The notes: generated by a model not told the origin, from the sequence alone. A stretch of DNA of 64,000 nucleotides from Isurus oxyrinchus (GCA_026770705.1 JANJGN010000009.1:163804001-163868000); one strand, 5' to 3'. Shown: positions 12,701 through 24,619, counted from the stretch's first letter. Numbers and translations: made by a program.

Positions 12701-14160
12701 ATATGCTGGTAGTGTAGTTGCTGGTTTCTGGTGTGTGTGGCCTATATTACCGAGAGAAACTTGTGTTACTCTGTTACTTGCTTTAAACTGCTTTATTAAC
12801 ACTGTATTTAAGAGAGGTTACAGAGTAGGTATGCCTCCCCTGAGTAGAGTGTTCCATCCTCTCTCCCAGGTAAATAGCACATGACTGCCAATTTCATTGA
12901 TACATCATGGTGTACATCACTCATCAGCATAACTATTCTATTAACCCATTACACTACAAACCCTTTTGTCATGCTATGTATAATAACCAGGCTGATTGTT
13001 CAATCCATGTTGGAAATCATTGGTGCAATGCAGATGAACACATTTCCATGAATGTGGATCAATGTCAGGTTTAGTTACTTGCAACTCATATTTAGTTTAG
13101 AGATTTTAAACATATTAACCATTCCTTGTTACAGTTCTTTCAACAGTTACATTGTAATTTTTCAGGTCCAAGCTGCATTCCAAGTCAGCGGAGAGACAAG
13201 ACTCTCCATGATAATCAGGTAAGGATATAAACATTACTTCTCTGAATACTGTTTGGAAATTTGCAAGCTGGTGGATATAGAATTTACTAAGAACTTACAG
13301 CCATTCGGCCCATCTGCAGGAGGCTGGTTTTTATGCTCCACACGAACCTCCTCTCACCCCTCTTCATCCCACCCTATCAGCATATCCTTCTGTCCTTTAC
13401 TCTCTCATGTGCTTATCTAGCTTTCCTTTAAATGCAGCAATCCTATTGGACTCAACTCCTCCCCAGGGAAGGAATAAGGAATTCAGAAGGAACATCTTTA
13501 CCCAGAGAGTGTCAGAACCTGAAATTCGTTACTTTAAGTCAAAGTTCAGGCAAATACCATAAATAAAGCTGGATAAAGCTGGATAAGCAGTTGAGGGAGA
13601 AGGTAATAGAAAGATATTTTGAAGAGGTTGGATGAAGAGGGGTGGGAGGAGGCTTGTGAGGAGAATGATACTGGTATAGACCCATTGGGCTGAATTGTTT
13701 GTTTCTGTGCTGTAAATAATTTTTAATATCTTGTAATCCTTTATAAACTGAGTCATAATAATGGGTAAATAGCTTTCTCCTCATAACAGCACAAGTCACC
13801 ATTCAGGCTAATCAAAAATAAATGCAATCATTTTTTTAATATATTTAGGAATTGGCAGCAGAGGAAGAGGGCACTGTGTATGCAAATGTAAACCACACTC
13901 AAAGGAGCTCGGCAGGAACACACAGAGAGGGAACTGCCGAGTTGAATAATGAGGAAATCACGTATGCAGCAGTGCAGTTGCAAAAGAAATCGTCTACACA
14001 GAGAGGTGAAGGGACAAGTCACTCAGTTAACAACCCGGACAGTGTCATCTACAGTGGAGTCATGATTCACAACCAGCCCACAAAGAAAAACCCTAAAACT
14101 CCATTACATGATACTCCCCAGGAATCTGAAATGGCAATATATGCTACCATTACTCATTAG
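433..14160 (+). CDS. Gene A: inhibitory CD300/pIgR-like (CMRF35-like/MDIR-type) Ig receptor, 5'-partial; exons 433-747, 6720-7049, 9375-9492, 10989-11077, 13166-13218, 13849-14160
   Basis: All introns are GT-AG with compatible phases (1,1,2,1,0). With a 37-nt leader exon like gene B's, the total is 1254 nt = 417 aa + stop. Domain order is V-Ig, C2-Ig, S/T stalk, TM, ITIM tail. Confidence 0.9.
1660..3170 (-). mobile_element. Harbinger-derived element fragment (Myb/SANT gene 3' part); copy at ~37050-38560
   Basis: Homologous to 51130-52450, sharing the peptide MSQLLEL.R..REHQEG...EVNTGRMAAAMETL. Confidence 0.7.
1835..2051 (+). mobile_element. 5'-truncated non-LTR (Tx1/L1-like) insertion
   Basis: 15-bp TSD CTACATCTCCTCAAC/CTACATCTTCTCAAC (1820-1834, 2052-2066). 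Absent from the related Harbinger copy at 51301. Confidence 0.6.
3274..3725 (+). mobile_element. Harbinger 5' end with start of the Myb/SANT ORF (RGKKTVAPRFSELSL); copy at ~38663-39115
   Basis: Matches the reverse complement of ~52860-53282. Confidence 0.65.
6720..7049 (+). CDS. Gene A second Ig exon (C2-type, FCRL/allergin-like)
   Basis: Acceptor ttccaacag| and donor G|gtaagt; 330 nt, phase 1-1. Reads EPVSVPVL...VSCESVQGSLPIPYTWY...YYCTASNNQG. Confidence 0.92.
8390..8800 (+). mobile_element. Degenerate Deu-domain SINE; copy at ~42770-43190
   Basis: Similar to the SINEs at 10483 and 14455. Confidence 0.55.
9375..9492 (+). CDS. Gene A Ser/Thr-rich stalk exon
   Basis: Acceptor caacag|GA and donor AG|gtacaa; phase 1-2. 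Reads GPEYFCNISTTVSPTTHSTSTDIISTTIRTTPSDPENAE. Paralogous exon at 43760. Confidence 0.85.
10483..10905 (+). mobile_element. tRNA-headed Deu-domain SINE (SacSINE/AmnSINE-like)
   Basis: tRNA-like head, then GTACTGAGGGAGTGCTG-type core and GCTTTGGGATGTCCTGAGGTCGTGAAAG tail; repeated several times in the window. Confidence 0.75.
10989..11077 (+). CDS. Gene A transmembrane exon (uncharged)
   Basis: Acceptor tttcacag|T and donor G|gtgagt; phase 2-1. Reads SLIYIVLGVLGGILVVFAVSLLLYLRQINK. Confidence 0.9.
11218..11906. mobile_element. Non-autonomous Harbinger-type element (MITE)
   Basis: TIRs GGGCTGAAT.../AAAATTCTGCCC with 3-bp TSD ATG on both sides. Confidence 0.75.
11950..12320 (-). mobile_element. 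CR1 LINE 3' end
   Basis: MRQNFFTPRVMSLWKSLP...FKGKVNRFL, the CR1 ORF2 C-terminal motif. Confidence 0.8.
12708..12958. mobile_element. Short solo LTR-like element
   Basis: Inverted ends GTAGTGTA...TACACTACA, ~250 bp. Confidence 0.4.
13166..13218 (+). CDS. Gene A cytoplasmic exon 1
   Basis: Acceptor tttttcag|GT and donor CAG|gtaagg. Reads GPSCIPSQRRDKTLHDNQ; phase 1-0 bridges the TM exon to the last exon. Confidence 0.8.
13290..13740. mobile_element. Two CR1 3'-end fragments in opposite orientation
   Basis: 13290-13460 resembles the reverse complement of 13560-13715; contains the TTTACCCAGAGAGTG CR1 motif. Confidence 0.6.
13849..14160 (+). CDS. Gene A terminal cytoplasmic exon with ITSM/ITIM motifs
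   Basis: Acceptor atttag|GAA. Contains TVYANV, ITYAAV, VIYSGV and AIYATI, then a TAG stop. Confidence 0.9.
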   Translation, partial: ELAAEEEGTVYANVNHTQRSSAGTHREGTAELNNEEITYAAVQLQKKSSTQRGEGTSHSVNNPDSVIYSGVMIHNQPTKKNPKTPLHDTPQESEMAIYATITH

Positions 14161-14454
14161 CGAAACCATTCGGGTGGCGCATGTCCTGCCCAGTGCACTT
14201 AACTTTGCACCTCAGTTGCATTGAATTTCTTCCGCCATGAGCTGTCCACATATTTACTTTAGTCCAATTCTTCCTTTAACTTCGGAATTGTTTCCTCCAT
14301 TCCCACCGCTCCTCCCAGTTTGGAAGCATCAGCAAATGTAATCAATTCACCTTGAGTTTCAGAGTCCAGGACATTAATGTAAATTAGAGTGGTCCCAATA
14401 CCAGGCCTTATAGCACCGCACTCACCAGCCAGAACCCCCACCCCCCCAACACCC

Positions 14455-14915
14455 CCAGCATTGGTAGCTCTGTTGCTGCTGATTCACAAGTTCCAGGTTT
14501 GAGTTCCATGCCAGGGCTTGAGTGGAAAATTCAAATGTTGACACTCTGTTGTAGTACTGAGGGAGTGCTGAACTGTTGGAGGTGCTGTTTTTTGGGTGAG
14601 ATGTTAAACCGAGGTCCCATCTGCCTACATGAGTGAATGTAATAGATCCCATGGCATTATTTTGAAGAAGAATAAGGGAGTTATCCCCGGTGTCCGGACC
14701 ATTATTTCTCCCTCAATCGACATCACAGAATCAAATAGCCTGATCATTATCACATTGCTGTTAGTGGGGATTTGCTGTGCACAAATCGGCTGCTGCATTT
14801 TCTACATCACAACAGTGACTACACTTCAAAAGTGCTCCAGGGGCTGTAAAGCTCTTTGAGACATCCAGTGATTATAAAAAACATGATAAAAATCCACAGC
14901 TTTCTTTCTTTTCTT
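14455..14915 (+). mobile_element. Deu-domain SINE
   Basis: Full head, core and tail matching the other copies. Confidence 0.75.
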
Positions 14916-14949
14916 TAACACAACCGGCCTAATGGGCCAAATTTGTCTC

Positions 14950-16320
14950 AGCGTCCAACTCTAGTCTCCAAGTCAGATCGTCATGGGTTACCTCTGGGAC
15001 TTGATCATACAATCCAGGCAGATACTTCAGTGCAGTACTGAGAGAGTGCTGCACTGTTGGGACTGCCTTCTTTTAGGTGTGATATTAAACTGAAGACAAA
15101 ACAGAAAGATGGGGGTGTTGAATGGCAAGCAACAGGAAGTTCTGGGTCATGCTTGCGTAGAGACCCCCTTTTTTTTTCCCCAATAAATTATATAGATTTT
15201 TCTTTTCCCACCTATTTCCATTATTTTTAAATATTTTAAAATCTTTTATGCTCCCTCCACCCCCACTAGAGCTGTACCTTGAGTGCCCTACCATCCATTC
15301 TTAATTAGCACATTCGTTTAGATAATATCACCAACTTTAACTTTAACACCTATGTGTTCTTTTGTACCATTGTCGCTGGCATCTTTTGATGATCTGCTTC
15401 TATCACTGCTTGTTTGTTCACACAACCACCTCTCTCTCTCTCTATCTCTCTGCCCCCCCCCCACACACACCTTAAACCAGCTTATATTTCAATTCTTTCT
15501 TGGACTCGAAATCATGTTCTGTCGAAGGGTCATGAGGACTCGAAACGTCAACTCTTTTCTTCTCCGCCGATGCTGCCAGACCTGCTGAGTTTTTCCAGGT
15601 AATTCTGTTTTTGTTTTAGAGACCAAAGTGGTCCTGCAAAGCGATCACCCCACCCTCACAAGGACCATCTCTCACTTTTTCATGTTGTTCTTTCCAGAGA
15701 GCTTACCCTTGTCCTGTCATTATCACATTCTGCTTTCTGATCTTAATGTCACCATTAGCACCTCCTTTAGCCAGTATCACTATCAAGAAGACCCCTTTGT
15801 CCTTTTGTCTATGACATCTCTGGCAATCTCTCCTTTGCCTCCACCTATCACTGATCTTCTATCCACCTTCACCTGCTCCACCTCCACTTAAACAGCATAA
15901 ATTTCATTACATTTTTACTACTCTCTCGGTTCAAGAAGAGTCATTAGGATTCAAAACGTTAACTCTTTTTTTTCCCTCCACAGATGCTGTTAGGCCAGCT
16001 GAGTTTTTCCAGCATTTTCTGTTTTTGTTTCAGATTTCCAGCATCTGCAGTATTTTGCATTTATCTTAGTATTAAACTGAAGACCCTCCTGTACCTTAGG
16101 TGGATGTAAAAGATCCCATGGCACTATTCAAACAGTTCTCCCAGTGTCCTGGTCAATATTCTGCACCCAGTATCAAGTAAAGAGATTACCTGCTTATTCA
16201 TCCAGTTTTGGGCCCTTGCTGTATGATGATTTGTTGCCACATCTCTCTGTTTCAAAAATACTTCATTGGCTGTGAAAGGCATTGTATAAATTGTAAGTTC
16301 AACTCTTCTTTCTTTTCTAA
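14950..16320 (+). mobile_element. Deu-domain SINE split by Penelope-like insertions (outer 15098-16069, inner 15166-15616)
   Basis: TSD TATTAAACTGAAGAC at 15083-15097/16070-16084 and TSD TAGAGACC at 15158-15165/15617-15624. Confidence 0.7.
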
Positions 16321-16619
16321 TGAGCATTAGTTTCATTTTGTCGTTCAAACAATCTTTTTATCTCAGGGATTACCCTAAATACACAGAGTTTTGGGGATGC
16401 CCGGGTTGAGGCCTCTGACCCTCTACAAGGAACAGGCTGGAGGGAACAGTACCATTCCTGTGTAAAGGGCAAGGTTGGTATCCCCCAACAAGCCAGTGAG
16501 GGTCTAATAAAATAAATGGTATTAAAATTGCAAGTCCACCTCTGTGGAGGGGTACAACTTCAAATGCAATTTGGCAAATACATTTTGAAAATCAGAACAC
16601 TTTCCAGACTAGCACTTGT

Positions 16620-17385
16620 ACTACACAAGTGTCAGGCAATGACCATCTCCAACAAGAGAGAATCTAACCATCGCCCCTTGATGTTCAATGGTATTACCAT
16701 CACTGGATCCCCCACTATCAGTGTGGAGGCTTACCATTGACCAGAAACTGAACTGGACTAGCCATAGAAATACTGTGGCTACAAGGGCAGGTCAAGGTCA
16801 GGGAATCCTGCAGCAAGTAACTCACCTCCTGACTCTCCAAAGCCTGTCCACCGTTTACAAGGCACAAGTCAGCAGTGTGATGGAATACTCTCCACTTACC
16901 TGGATGAGTGCAGCTCCCATTACACTGAAGAAGCTGGACACCGTCCAGGACAAAGCAGTCCGCTTGATTGGCACCACATCCACAAACATTCAATCCCTCC
17001 ACCACCGACGCACAGTAGCAGCAGTGTGTACCATCTACAAGATGTACTGCAGGAATTCCCCAAGGCTCCTTAGAAAGCACCTTCCAAACCCACAGCCACT
17101 ACCGTCTAGAAGGACAAGGGCAGCAGATAGATTGCAACATCACCACCTGGAAGTTCCCCTCTAAGTAACTCACCGTCCTGACTTGGAAATATTTCACCGT
17201 TCCTTAACTGTCACTGGGTCAAAGTCCTGGAAGTCCCTTCCTAACAGCCCTGTGGGTGTAACCACACCACATGGACAGCAGCAGTTCAAGAAGGCAGCTC
17301 AGCACCATCTTCTCAAGGGCAATTATTGATGGGCAATAAATGTTGGCCCAGCCAGTGAAGTCCACATCCCATGAATGAATTTTTA
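16620..17385 (+). mobile_element. CR1-clade LINE 3' fragment (ORF2 C-terminus)
   Basis: KLNWTSH...YKAQVSSVMEYSPLTW...LDTVQDKAVRLIG, ending in an ATGAATGAA tail. Confidence 0.8.
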
Positions 17386-17799
17386 AAAAAACCCAGTGGG
17401 GAGATGTTATTCCTCAAAGAGATCATGAAGGTTTTCGGCAATATCTTCCCATATCAAACCTATGTTAGTATTTATTTCTCAAATTTATTCCTTTCAATAA
17501 TTTCTATTACTTGTCATGAATGGAAGTGAAACTAAAGCTCATGGGGCACCAATGAAGCAGCTTCTGAAAACATCCCAGGCCTTGTCTGCAGGAGTCACAC
17601 AGGGGAACTGCTGTAAACCCAATACCAATAAAGAAATGACAGAAATATTGGATATCTCTGTCTCAGTTTTTACAAAGTTTTTCACTTGAGGGTGAAGTTA
17701 AAAATCATATTAAAGCAGTTGGGATAGAAGGGGAGAAAATAATTGACAAAGTAGCAAAGCAGAAGGCAGGATGACCCCAGTAGCAGACAGGACGCCCAC

Positions 17800-18150
17800 T
17801 AGGTTGCCAACCCTCCAGAATTGGCCTGGAGTCTCTAGGAATTGAAGATTAATCTCCAGAACATTGCTGTGCGCAACCCTAGAGAAAAATCATTGGGGCT
17901 TTAGAAAATATTTTTTTCTTTCATTTTCTTTGAACATTTCTCTTTATCAAATATGAAAGTATTGAAAATGGAGGGAAACCATTGTTTGGCTAACAGTCAA
18001 GCATGATCCAATTGGGTATTGAGTCATTTTGCTTTCCTTTTGCCATAGGAAGGCAGTGCATTGTAAAGATAGATGTGTTGGCCAACTAATGGCCTGACCA
18101 TGAGGGTGCGATGAAACCTCCCAGAATGCATTTAATCACTGGCAACCCTA
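17800..18150. mobile_element. hAT-like non-autonomous DNA transposon
   Basis: TIRs TAGG(G)TTGCCA/TGGCAACCCTA; degenerate 8-bp TSD ACGCCCAC/GCACCCAC. Confidence 0.6.
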
Positions 18151-18864
18151 GCACCCACTGAGAGCCAAGCCCAGCAGGCATCTGGAGATGACCTGGGGCA
18201 TCCGTGTGACCTCTTGTTTTAACTCGCAACTGGAGGTGCAATCATCAGTGGGCAACTCCTGGGGTCACTAGCTTTTATAAAAGTGGATACCTCTCCAGAG
18301 GGCGCCTCAAAATGGGGGCACCATTACATTCCCCTTTCTGCAGCAGCAGTGCCCACCTCTGCCAGTGGAATTGCACCCCTGCCAAGGTTGCAGGCCCTTT
18401 AGCCTGCCCGCCTTCCTCAATCGGATGTTAGGCCCGGGTGTGGATTCTTAATTGGCTGCCTCCAGGAAGGTCTCTCAGGCAGACACGTGGGTCGAGAGCC
18501 AAATATGGTCCCACGTTTTGATTATTTTTAAAGGGCACAAGATTCTGCCCAAGGTGTGCAGCCCTCTGAGGGCAATTACTTCTGATGTAAAATACTGCCA
18601 CTCACATCTTGTAAAGGAAATTCTTCATTTATTCTCTTACCTATGAGCAGGGAACATGAATTTTAGTCAGGGTGTGTTGTCCTGAATTTTGCAGTTACTT
18701 TGGAGTTCTGAGATTGGTACATCTAGAAAAACTTGAAGTGAACTCATTAGCTTCATGATAAGCTCACCGTATGGACTGGTTCTCTGACTGCTCAGAGGCC
18801 TGATTTGATGGTTCTTCAAGGGTTTACCAATGTCTGACTAAAGTATATATTATTGATCCAGCTC

Positions 18865-19055
18865 TACCCCCCACCCCCTTAAACCAGCTTATATTTCACC
18901 TCTTTTCTATTTTTACTTAATTCTGTTGAAGATACATACGGACTCGAAACGTTAACTGTGTTCCTCTCTGCAGATGCTGCCAGACCTGCTGAGATTTTCC
19001 AGGTATTTTTGCTTTTGTTTTGGATTTCCAGCATCCGCAGTTTTTTGATTTTATA
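18865..19055 (+). mobile_element. Penelope-like terminal fragment
   Basis: Matches 15470-15616 and 15930-16065 (GACTCGAAACG...GATGCTGCCAGACCTGCTGAG). Confidence 0.65.
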
Positions 19056-19392
19056 TATTATTCCATGCCAAGTAAAAGAAGCTATTTAAAAAGAATTTGT
19101 GTTCGGTGCTCTTGCATTGATATCAATGTGGTTTACATTTGTAGAAGGAAAACAGAAATTACAAAATAACTTTGTAGAACAGAAAATTTAAATTTTCTGT
19201 CTAATTTCTTGCTTCTTGGAGGTTTTCTTTACATCTGTTGAAATACCTACAGTCATTTCTGTTAAACAGCTGTGAAAATCACCTTAATGTGAACATTAGA
19301 TTTAGATCTTTCATTCTCTATTTTTGTTTCAGTGAGAATAAGTGAAAATCTTTGTTCCTCATTAATACTGGGAATACATATTATTCAACATT

Positions 19393-20060
19393 TTTATTCA
19401 TTCATGGGATGTGGGCATCGCTGGCTGGGCCAGCATTTATTGTCCATCCGTAATTGCCCTTGAGAAGGTGGTGGTGAGCTGTCTTCTTGAACCACTGCAG
19501 TAGCGTGGGTACACCCACAGGAGAGAGGTTCCAGGATTTTGACCCAGCGACAGTGAAGGAATAGCAATATATTCCAAGTCAGGATGGTGAGTGACTTGGA
19601 GGGAAGCTTCCAGGTGTTGGTGTTCCTATGTATCTGCTGCCCTTGTCATTCTATATGGTGATGGTCGAGGGTTTGGAAGGTGCTGTCTAAGGAACCTTGG
19701 GGAGTTCCTGCAGTGCATCTTGTAGATGGTACTCTGCATTGCCGATGGAGGAAATGGATGTTTTTGGATGAGGTGCTAATCAAGCGGAGCTGATTTCTCC
19801 TGGATGGTATTGAGCTTCTTGAGTGTTGTTGGAGCTGCCCTCATCCAGGTAAGTGGAGAGTATTCCATCACACTCCTGACCTGTAACTTGTAGATGGTGG
19901 ACAGGCTTTGGGGGAGTCAGGTGAGTTACTCGCTGCAGGATTCCCTGTCTTTGATCTGCTCTTATAGCCACAGTACTTATATGGTAAGTCCAGATCAGTT
20001 TCTAGTAACCCCCCAGACTGGTAGTGGGGGATTCAGCGATGGTAATGCTATTAAATGTCA
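19393..20060 (-). mobile_element. CR1-clade LINE 3' fragment
   Basis: Reverse complement of the 16620-17385 family. Confidence 0.8.
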
Positions 20061-20222
20061 AGGGCTGTTATTAGGGATGGGCAATAAACGATGGCCTGAA
20101 CAGTGACACCCACATCCCATGAATGAATTAAAGAGAAATAATGTCCAGTATGACTTTGACTGAAGTGGAATATTTCCTGATGTTGCAGCTGAAGCAGCTT
20201 TAGTTATTAAGATAAACTAAAA

Positions 20223-20939
20223 GGGCAGGATTTTCCTGTGGGTTTCAGCATCCCAATGTCGGGATCAAATGGAGCTCCCAAGCTGGCACTCATCCCGAGT
20301 GAGATGGAGGTGCAATCTTCCCAGAGGCAGCCTGCTGATTTGCTGCCTCTGTGTTTGCTGTTCTATTAAGGGTGGTCGGCGTCTCCTGGTGCTCCAGGCT
20401 CAGTCAAAGGGCTGCCAGTTCTAGAGCCTCAGTAACTCGACTGGGAGAGGGAGGTGCTACTGAGGCATTTCGGGCCCGTGAGGGTATCTCAATGTGGAGG
20501 CACCCTCGGAGGTGAAAATTTAAAGGATGATTTCAGAGGGACTAAGCTGGTGGGCTCCTTGGAGAGGAGGGGAGACCCTTCTGGTGGAAGTGTCTGGGCT
20601 GGGGGTGCAGTCTTTCCTTGGGCCTCCAGCTCGGATGAATCCCCATCTTGCCAGCCGGGAGGCTGCCTCATCGAGTTGGGGTCACCTGCGCATGGTGAGG
20701 GTCCGCTCCGTTACCGACAAAATGCTGGTAGTGCCACAAAATCACCCGTAATTGGGGCCTTAACTATGTAATTGCCTCCCTGCCTCGGCTCTGTGGGCAG
20801 CTGTCCCTTGTCTCAGTCTGTCCCTGGGGAAACTTCCTGGCAGCAGGAATGCATCGCGTGTTGCCCTGATGGGCCATTCCCTATTTTCCTGGCTCCTCGG
20901 CCTCCAAGACTATCATAACAAGGCTGGAAAATTCAGTCC
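20223..20939. mobile_element. Harbinger-type MITE
   Basis: TIRs GGGCAGGATTTTCC/GGAAAATTCAGTCC with AAA on both flanks. Confidence 0.65.
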
Positions 20940-21699
20940 AAAGGGTTGGGCCAATTTAGTTCAGGGCGGTTTAGAGTAAGAGGTAATGTGATAGAGCTGT
21001 ATAGAATAATGAAAGGCTGGATTCTGTGCTTATTGATAGAATTATTTCTGTTTGATAGATTGGAGCATCAAACATGTGTTTAAATTATTCTGCAGTAAGG
21101 ACACGCTAGATGTTGGACGATAATTCTTTTCCTAGAGAGTAGTGTGTCTATGGTGTGGTGGATGCTGACTCTCTGAATGCTATTAAGAAGGAGCTGGATT
21201 CTTAGCTGGGGTAGATTTTGCATCACAAAGAAACTAAGTAGGGTTAACAGTTAACACACACAGTCAGTTTGAACACTGAGGTTCTGCAAAGGGGTTTCAA
21301 CGAGCTGAATTCTAGGTTAAGGAGTAAAAAATCCAACACGATCGGAATTCGGAATTTCTCCCATTTTCACAAACTGGACCAGTCAGGAATGGAAAGATTA
21401 GAATTGTCAATGTCTGTCTGGAAAGATGATGTAGCAAGCAGGGTTTCAAATTCTTGGGACAGTAGAACCACTTTCAAAGCTAGGGATGGCTGTGAAATGT
21501 AATGGCTTTCATGTAAACCAGAGAAACGCCCACATCCTTGTGAAAAGTGTGAAAGGGCAATGGGGGAAGATTTAAGCTGGTTAGGGTGATGTGTGAAAAG
21601 GAAAATTCACAATATTAGTCAAAAAATGAGAGAAAAAGAACAGCAGTCTAAATGAGCAGATGTGAAAGATAACTCAGATAAAGTGTCAATTGTGGTTTA

Positions 21700-22110
21700 T
21701 ATATTGTATTCACACTTCTGAGTCTAAAATTCAAACCACATATAATCTAGTGAATCACACATTCTTCAGTGAAGTACTGAGGGAGTGCTAAACGATCAGG
21801 GGTACAGTCATTCAAATGGGAAGTTGAACCGAGGCCCTGTCTGCCCTCTCAGGCGGATGTAGAGGATCCCATGACACTATTTGAAGAAGAGGAGGGGAAT
21901 TCTCTTGGTATCCTGGCCAATATTGCCACCATTATCACTAATAACAAATAATCTGCTCATCACCAAATTGTTGAGAGTGTGTGTGTAAATTGGCTGCTGC
22001 ATTTGTACATTGCAATAGAGACTATGTTGCAAAAGTAAATCATCAATTGTTTTGTGCTTTTGGACATCCTTAGGTCATGAAAGGTGCTATATAAATGCAA
22101 GTTCTTTTTC
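21700..22110 (+). mobile_element. Deu-domain SINE
   Basis: Core and tail match the other copies. Confidence 0.7.
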
Positions 22111-22124
22111 ATTCGTTTTCAATC

Positions 22125-22935
22125 TTGTAGTTGGTACATGCTGCTACCACCGTGCAAGGTAGTGGTGGGTGGTGGGGTGGGGGAGAATATTTAAGGTGGT
22201 GGATGGGGTGCCTAGCAAGGGGATTGCTTTGTCTTGGATGGTGTTGAGCTTCTTGAGTGTGAGCTGCACTCATTCAGGCAAGCGGAGGATATTCCACCAC
22301 ACTCCTGACTTGTGCCTTGCAGATGACGGACACATTTTGAGGAGAAAGGAGGTGAGTTACTCACCGTCGAAATCCCAGCCTTTGATCAGCTCATGTAGCC
22401 ACAGTTTTTATATGGCTGGTCCAGTCAAGCTTCTGGTCAATATTAACCTTCAGATATTGATGGTTGGGGATTCAATGGTGGAATTGATGTTGATTATCAG
22501 GAGGAAATTGCTTGATTCTCTTGTTGGGGATGGACATTGCCTGGTACTTATGTAGTCGGAATGTTATTTTCCACTATCAGCCAAACCTAAATATTGTCCA
22601 GGTCTTGCTGCATGTAGGCAAAGACTGCTTCAGCATCTGTGGAGTCGCGATTGGTACTGAAAATTGTACAATAGTCAGTGAACATCCCCACTTCTGACCT
22701 TATGCTGGAGTGAAAGTCATTGATGAAGCAGCTGAAGATGGTTGGGCCTAGGACTTTACCCTGAGGATCTCCTGCAGTGATATCCTGGAACTGAGATGAT
22801 TGGCCTCCAACAACCACAACCATCTTCCTTTGTGCTGGGTATGAATCCAGCCCGCAGAGAGTTTTCCCCCTGATTCCCAATGAATCCAGTTTTACTCGGG
22901 GTCCTTGATGCCACACCCGGTCGAAAGCTGCCAGC
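22125..22935 (-). mobile_element. CR1-clade LINE RT fragment
   Basis: AFDRVWHQG...PQGKVLGPTIFSCFIND...MFTDYCT reverse-transcriptase motifs. Confidence 0.85.
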
Positions 22936-22939
22936 AACA

Positions 22940-23850
22940 ACTTGATTTTATGTAGCATCTTTAACGTGGTTAAGAGGGTCCATGGCACATCACAGGAGCA
23001 TTGTCAAATAACATTTGACACTGGGACACATAAGGAGATATCAGGACACATGACCAAAGGCTTCGCCAATGAGGTAGGTTTTAAGGAGCATTTTAAAGGA
23101 GGAGAGAGAGGTAGATGGGCAGAGAAGTTCAGGGAGGGAATTCAAGAGCTTAGGGTCTTGCAGTTAAAAGTTCAGCAACCAATTCTGCAGTGATTACAAT
23201 TGGAGATGTGCAAGAGGACAGACTTAAAGGAGCTGGAGGGCTGGAGGAGAATGCAGAGATAGGGGGAGATGGAGTCATGTAGGATTTTAAAGCAAAGATG
23301 AGAATGTTAAAATTGATGTGTTGTTTAAATGGGAGCCAATATAAATCAACGAGCACAGGGGTAAATGGGACTTTGTGCACATTACGATAAGGTCAGCCGC
23401 GATTCGGATGACCTCAAGTTTACGGAGATTGAACATGGGAGGGTGAGCAGGAGGGCATTAGAATAGTCGTGTAGAGATTGAAAAAGGCATAGATGAGGGT
23501 TTTAGCAGCAGATGAGCTGAGACAGGGGCAGAGTAGGGTGATGTTACGGAGGTGGAAAAAGGTGATCTTAGTGATAGCATGGGTATATAGTCAGAAGCTC
23601 ATCTTGGGTTGAAGTATGACACTAAGTTTGTGAACTGCCTGGTTTAGCCTGAGACAGATGCTAGGGAGTGAGATGGAGTCAGTGTCTAGGGAATGGAATA
23701 TGTGGCAGGGACAAACAGCAATAGCTTTGGCTGTCTCGATATTTAGCTGGAGGAAATTTCTGTTCAGGTCGTACTGGGACATGCAGCCTGACAGTTTAGA
23801 GACAGTGGAGGGATTGAGAGAGCTGGTGGTGAGGTAGAGATATGGGTCAG
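22940..23850 (-). mobile_element. L2 LINE 3' fragment
   Basis: FTPVLVDLYWLPFKQHINFNIL (L2 C-terminal motif) and NFLQLNIETAKAI. Confidence 0.7.
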
Positions 23851-24619
23851 GTGGAACAATACCACTGGCATTTCTCATACAAGATTTGGAAAATAACTAA
23901 TAGGAGATAAAATATGCATGTCTGTTTGCACTCCTTGTTAATAGATAGCCATTTAAAAAAATCCTGGGTTATATTCAGCCTCACATCTGTCTCACTCCTA
24001 TTAAGCCCCTGATCATAAGCATGCTGATTATTGCACTGCCACTGCAAGCTTTTAAGCATAAATGAAGTGGTTGAAGGACTTCCTGGCACCGAGGAGCAGA
24101 GAACAGTACATGAGCTTTGACTTCTACAGAGATACACCAGTGAAACGGTATCAAAACTCCAAGGACCTAACTCTCCCTTTCCAGTATAAATTGCATAGCA
24201 CAGAGCACGCCTCTGAGACATGTTTAAATATAAACAGACAGCCATACATTGTGGTGTCGTCATGTGCTCATTAGTCATTCAATACAACCAGAGGAACAGA
24301 AAAAAATCTTACAACTGCGATTTTGAAACAGGTTTTCTCTTGACTCAACCCTTTCAGCTTCTATTTTTAAACCTCTTACCACTTCTGAATGGGAAGTTGG
24401 TGGTTCAACCACGTGGTCCAATTTACTACATCACCGTAATGCTGAACTATTCACGTTCCTTTCCCCAAAGCCACCTGTAATCCTTTTATAGGCATTAAAG
24501 TCAGCGCAGTAATTTAATAACAGATATTTTAAAAGACAGTTGTTCATCAAATATCTCTTTTTTTTTAGCAACATAATGCAAAACTAATCATGGGGCTGGT
24601 ATTACATTTTAAACAAAAC

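Noticed and set aside
433-14160. Calling the genes PIGR or a specific CD300 orthologue, or a rearranging Ig/TCR V segment
   Set aside because: The V+C2 architecture fits neither orthologue. The V exon includes its G strand and ends at a splice donor, and I saw no RSS.
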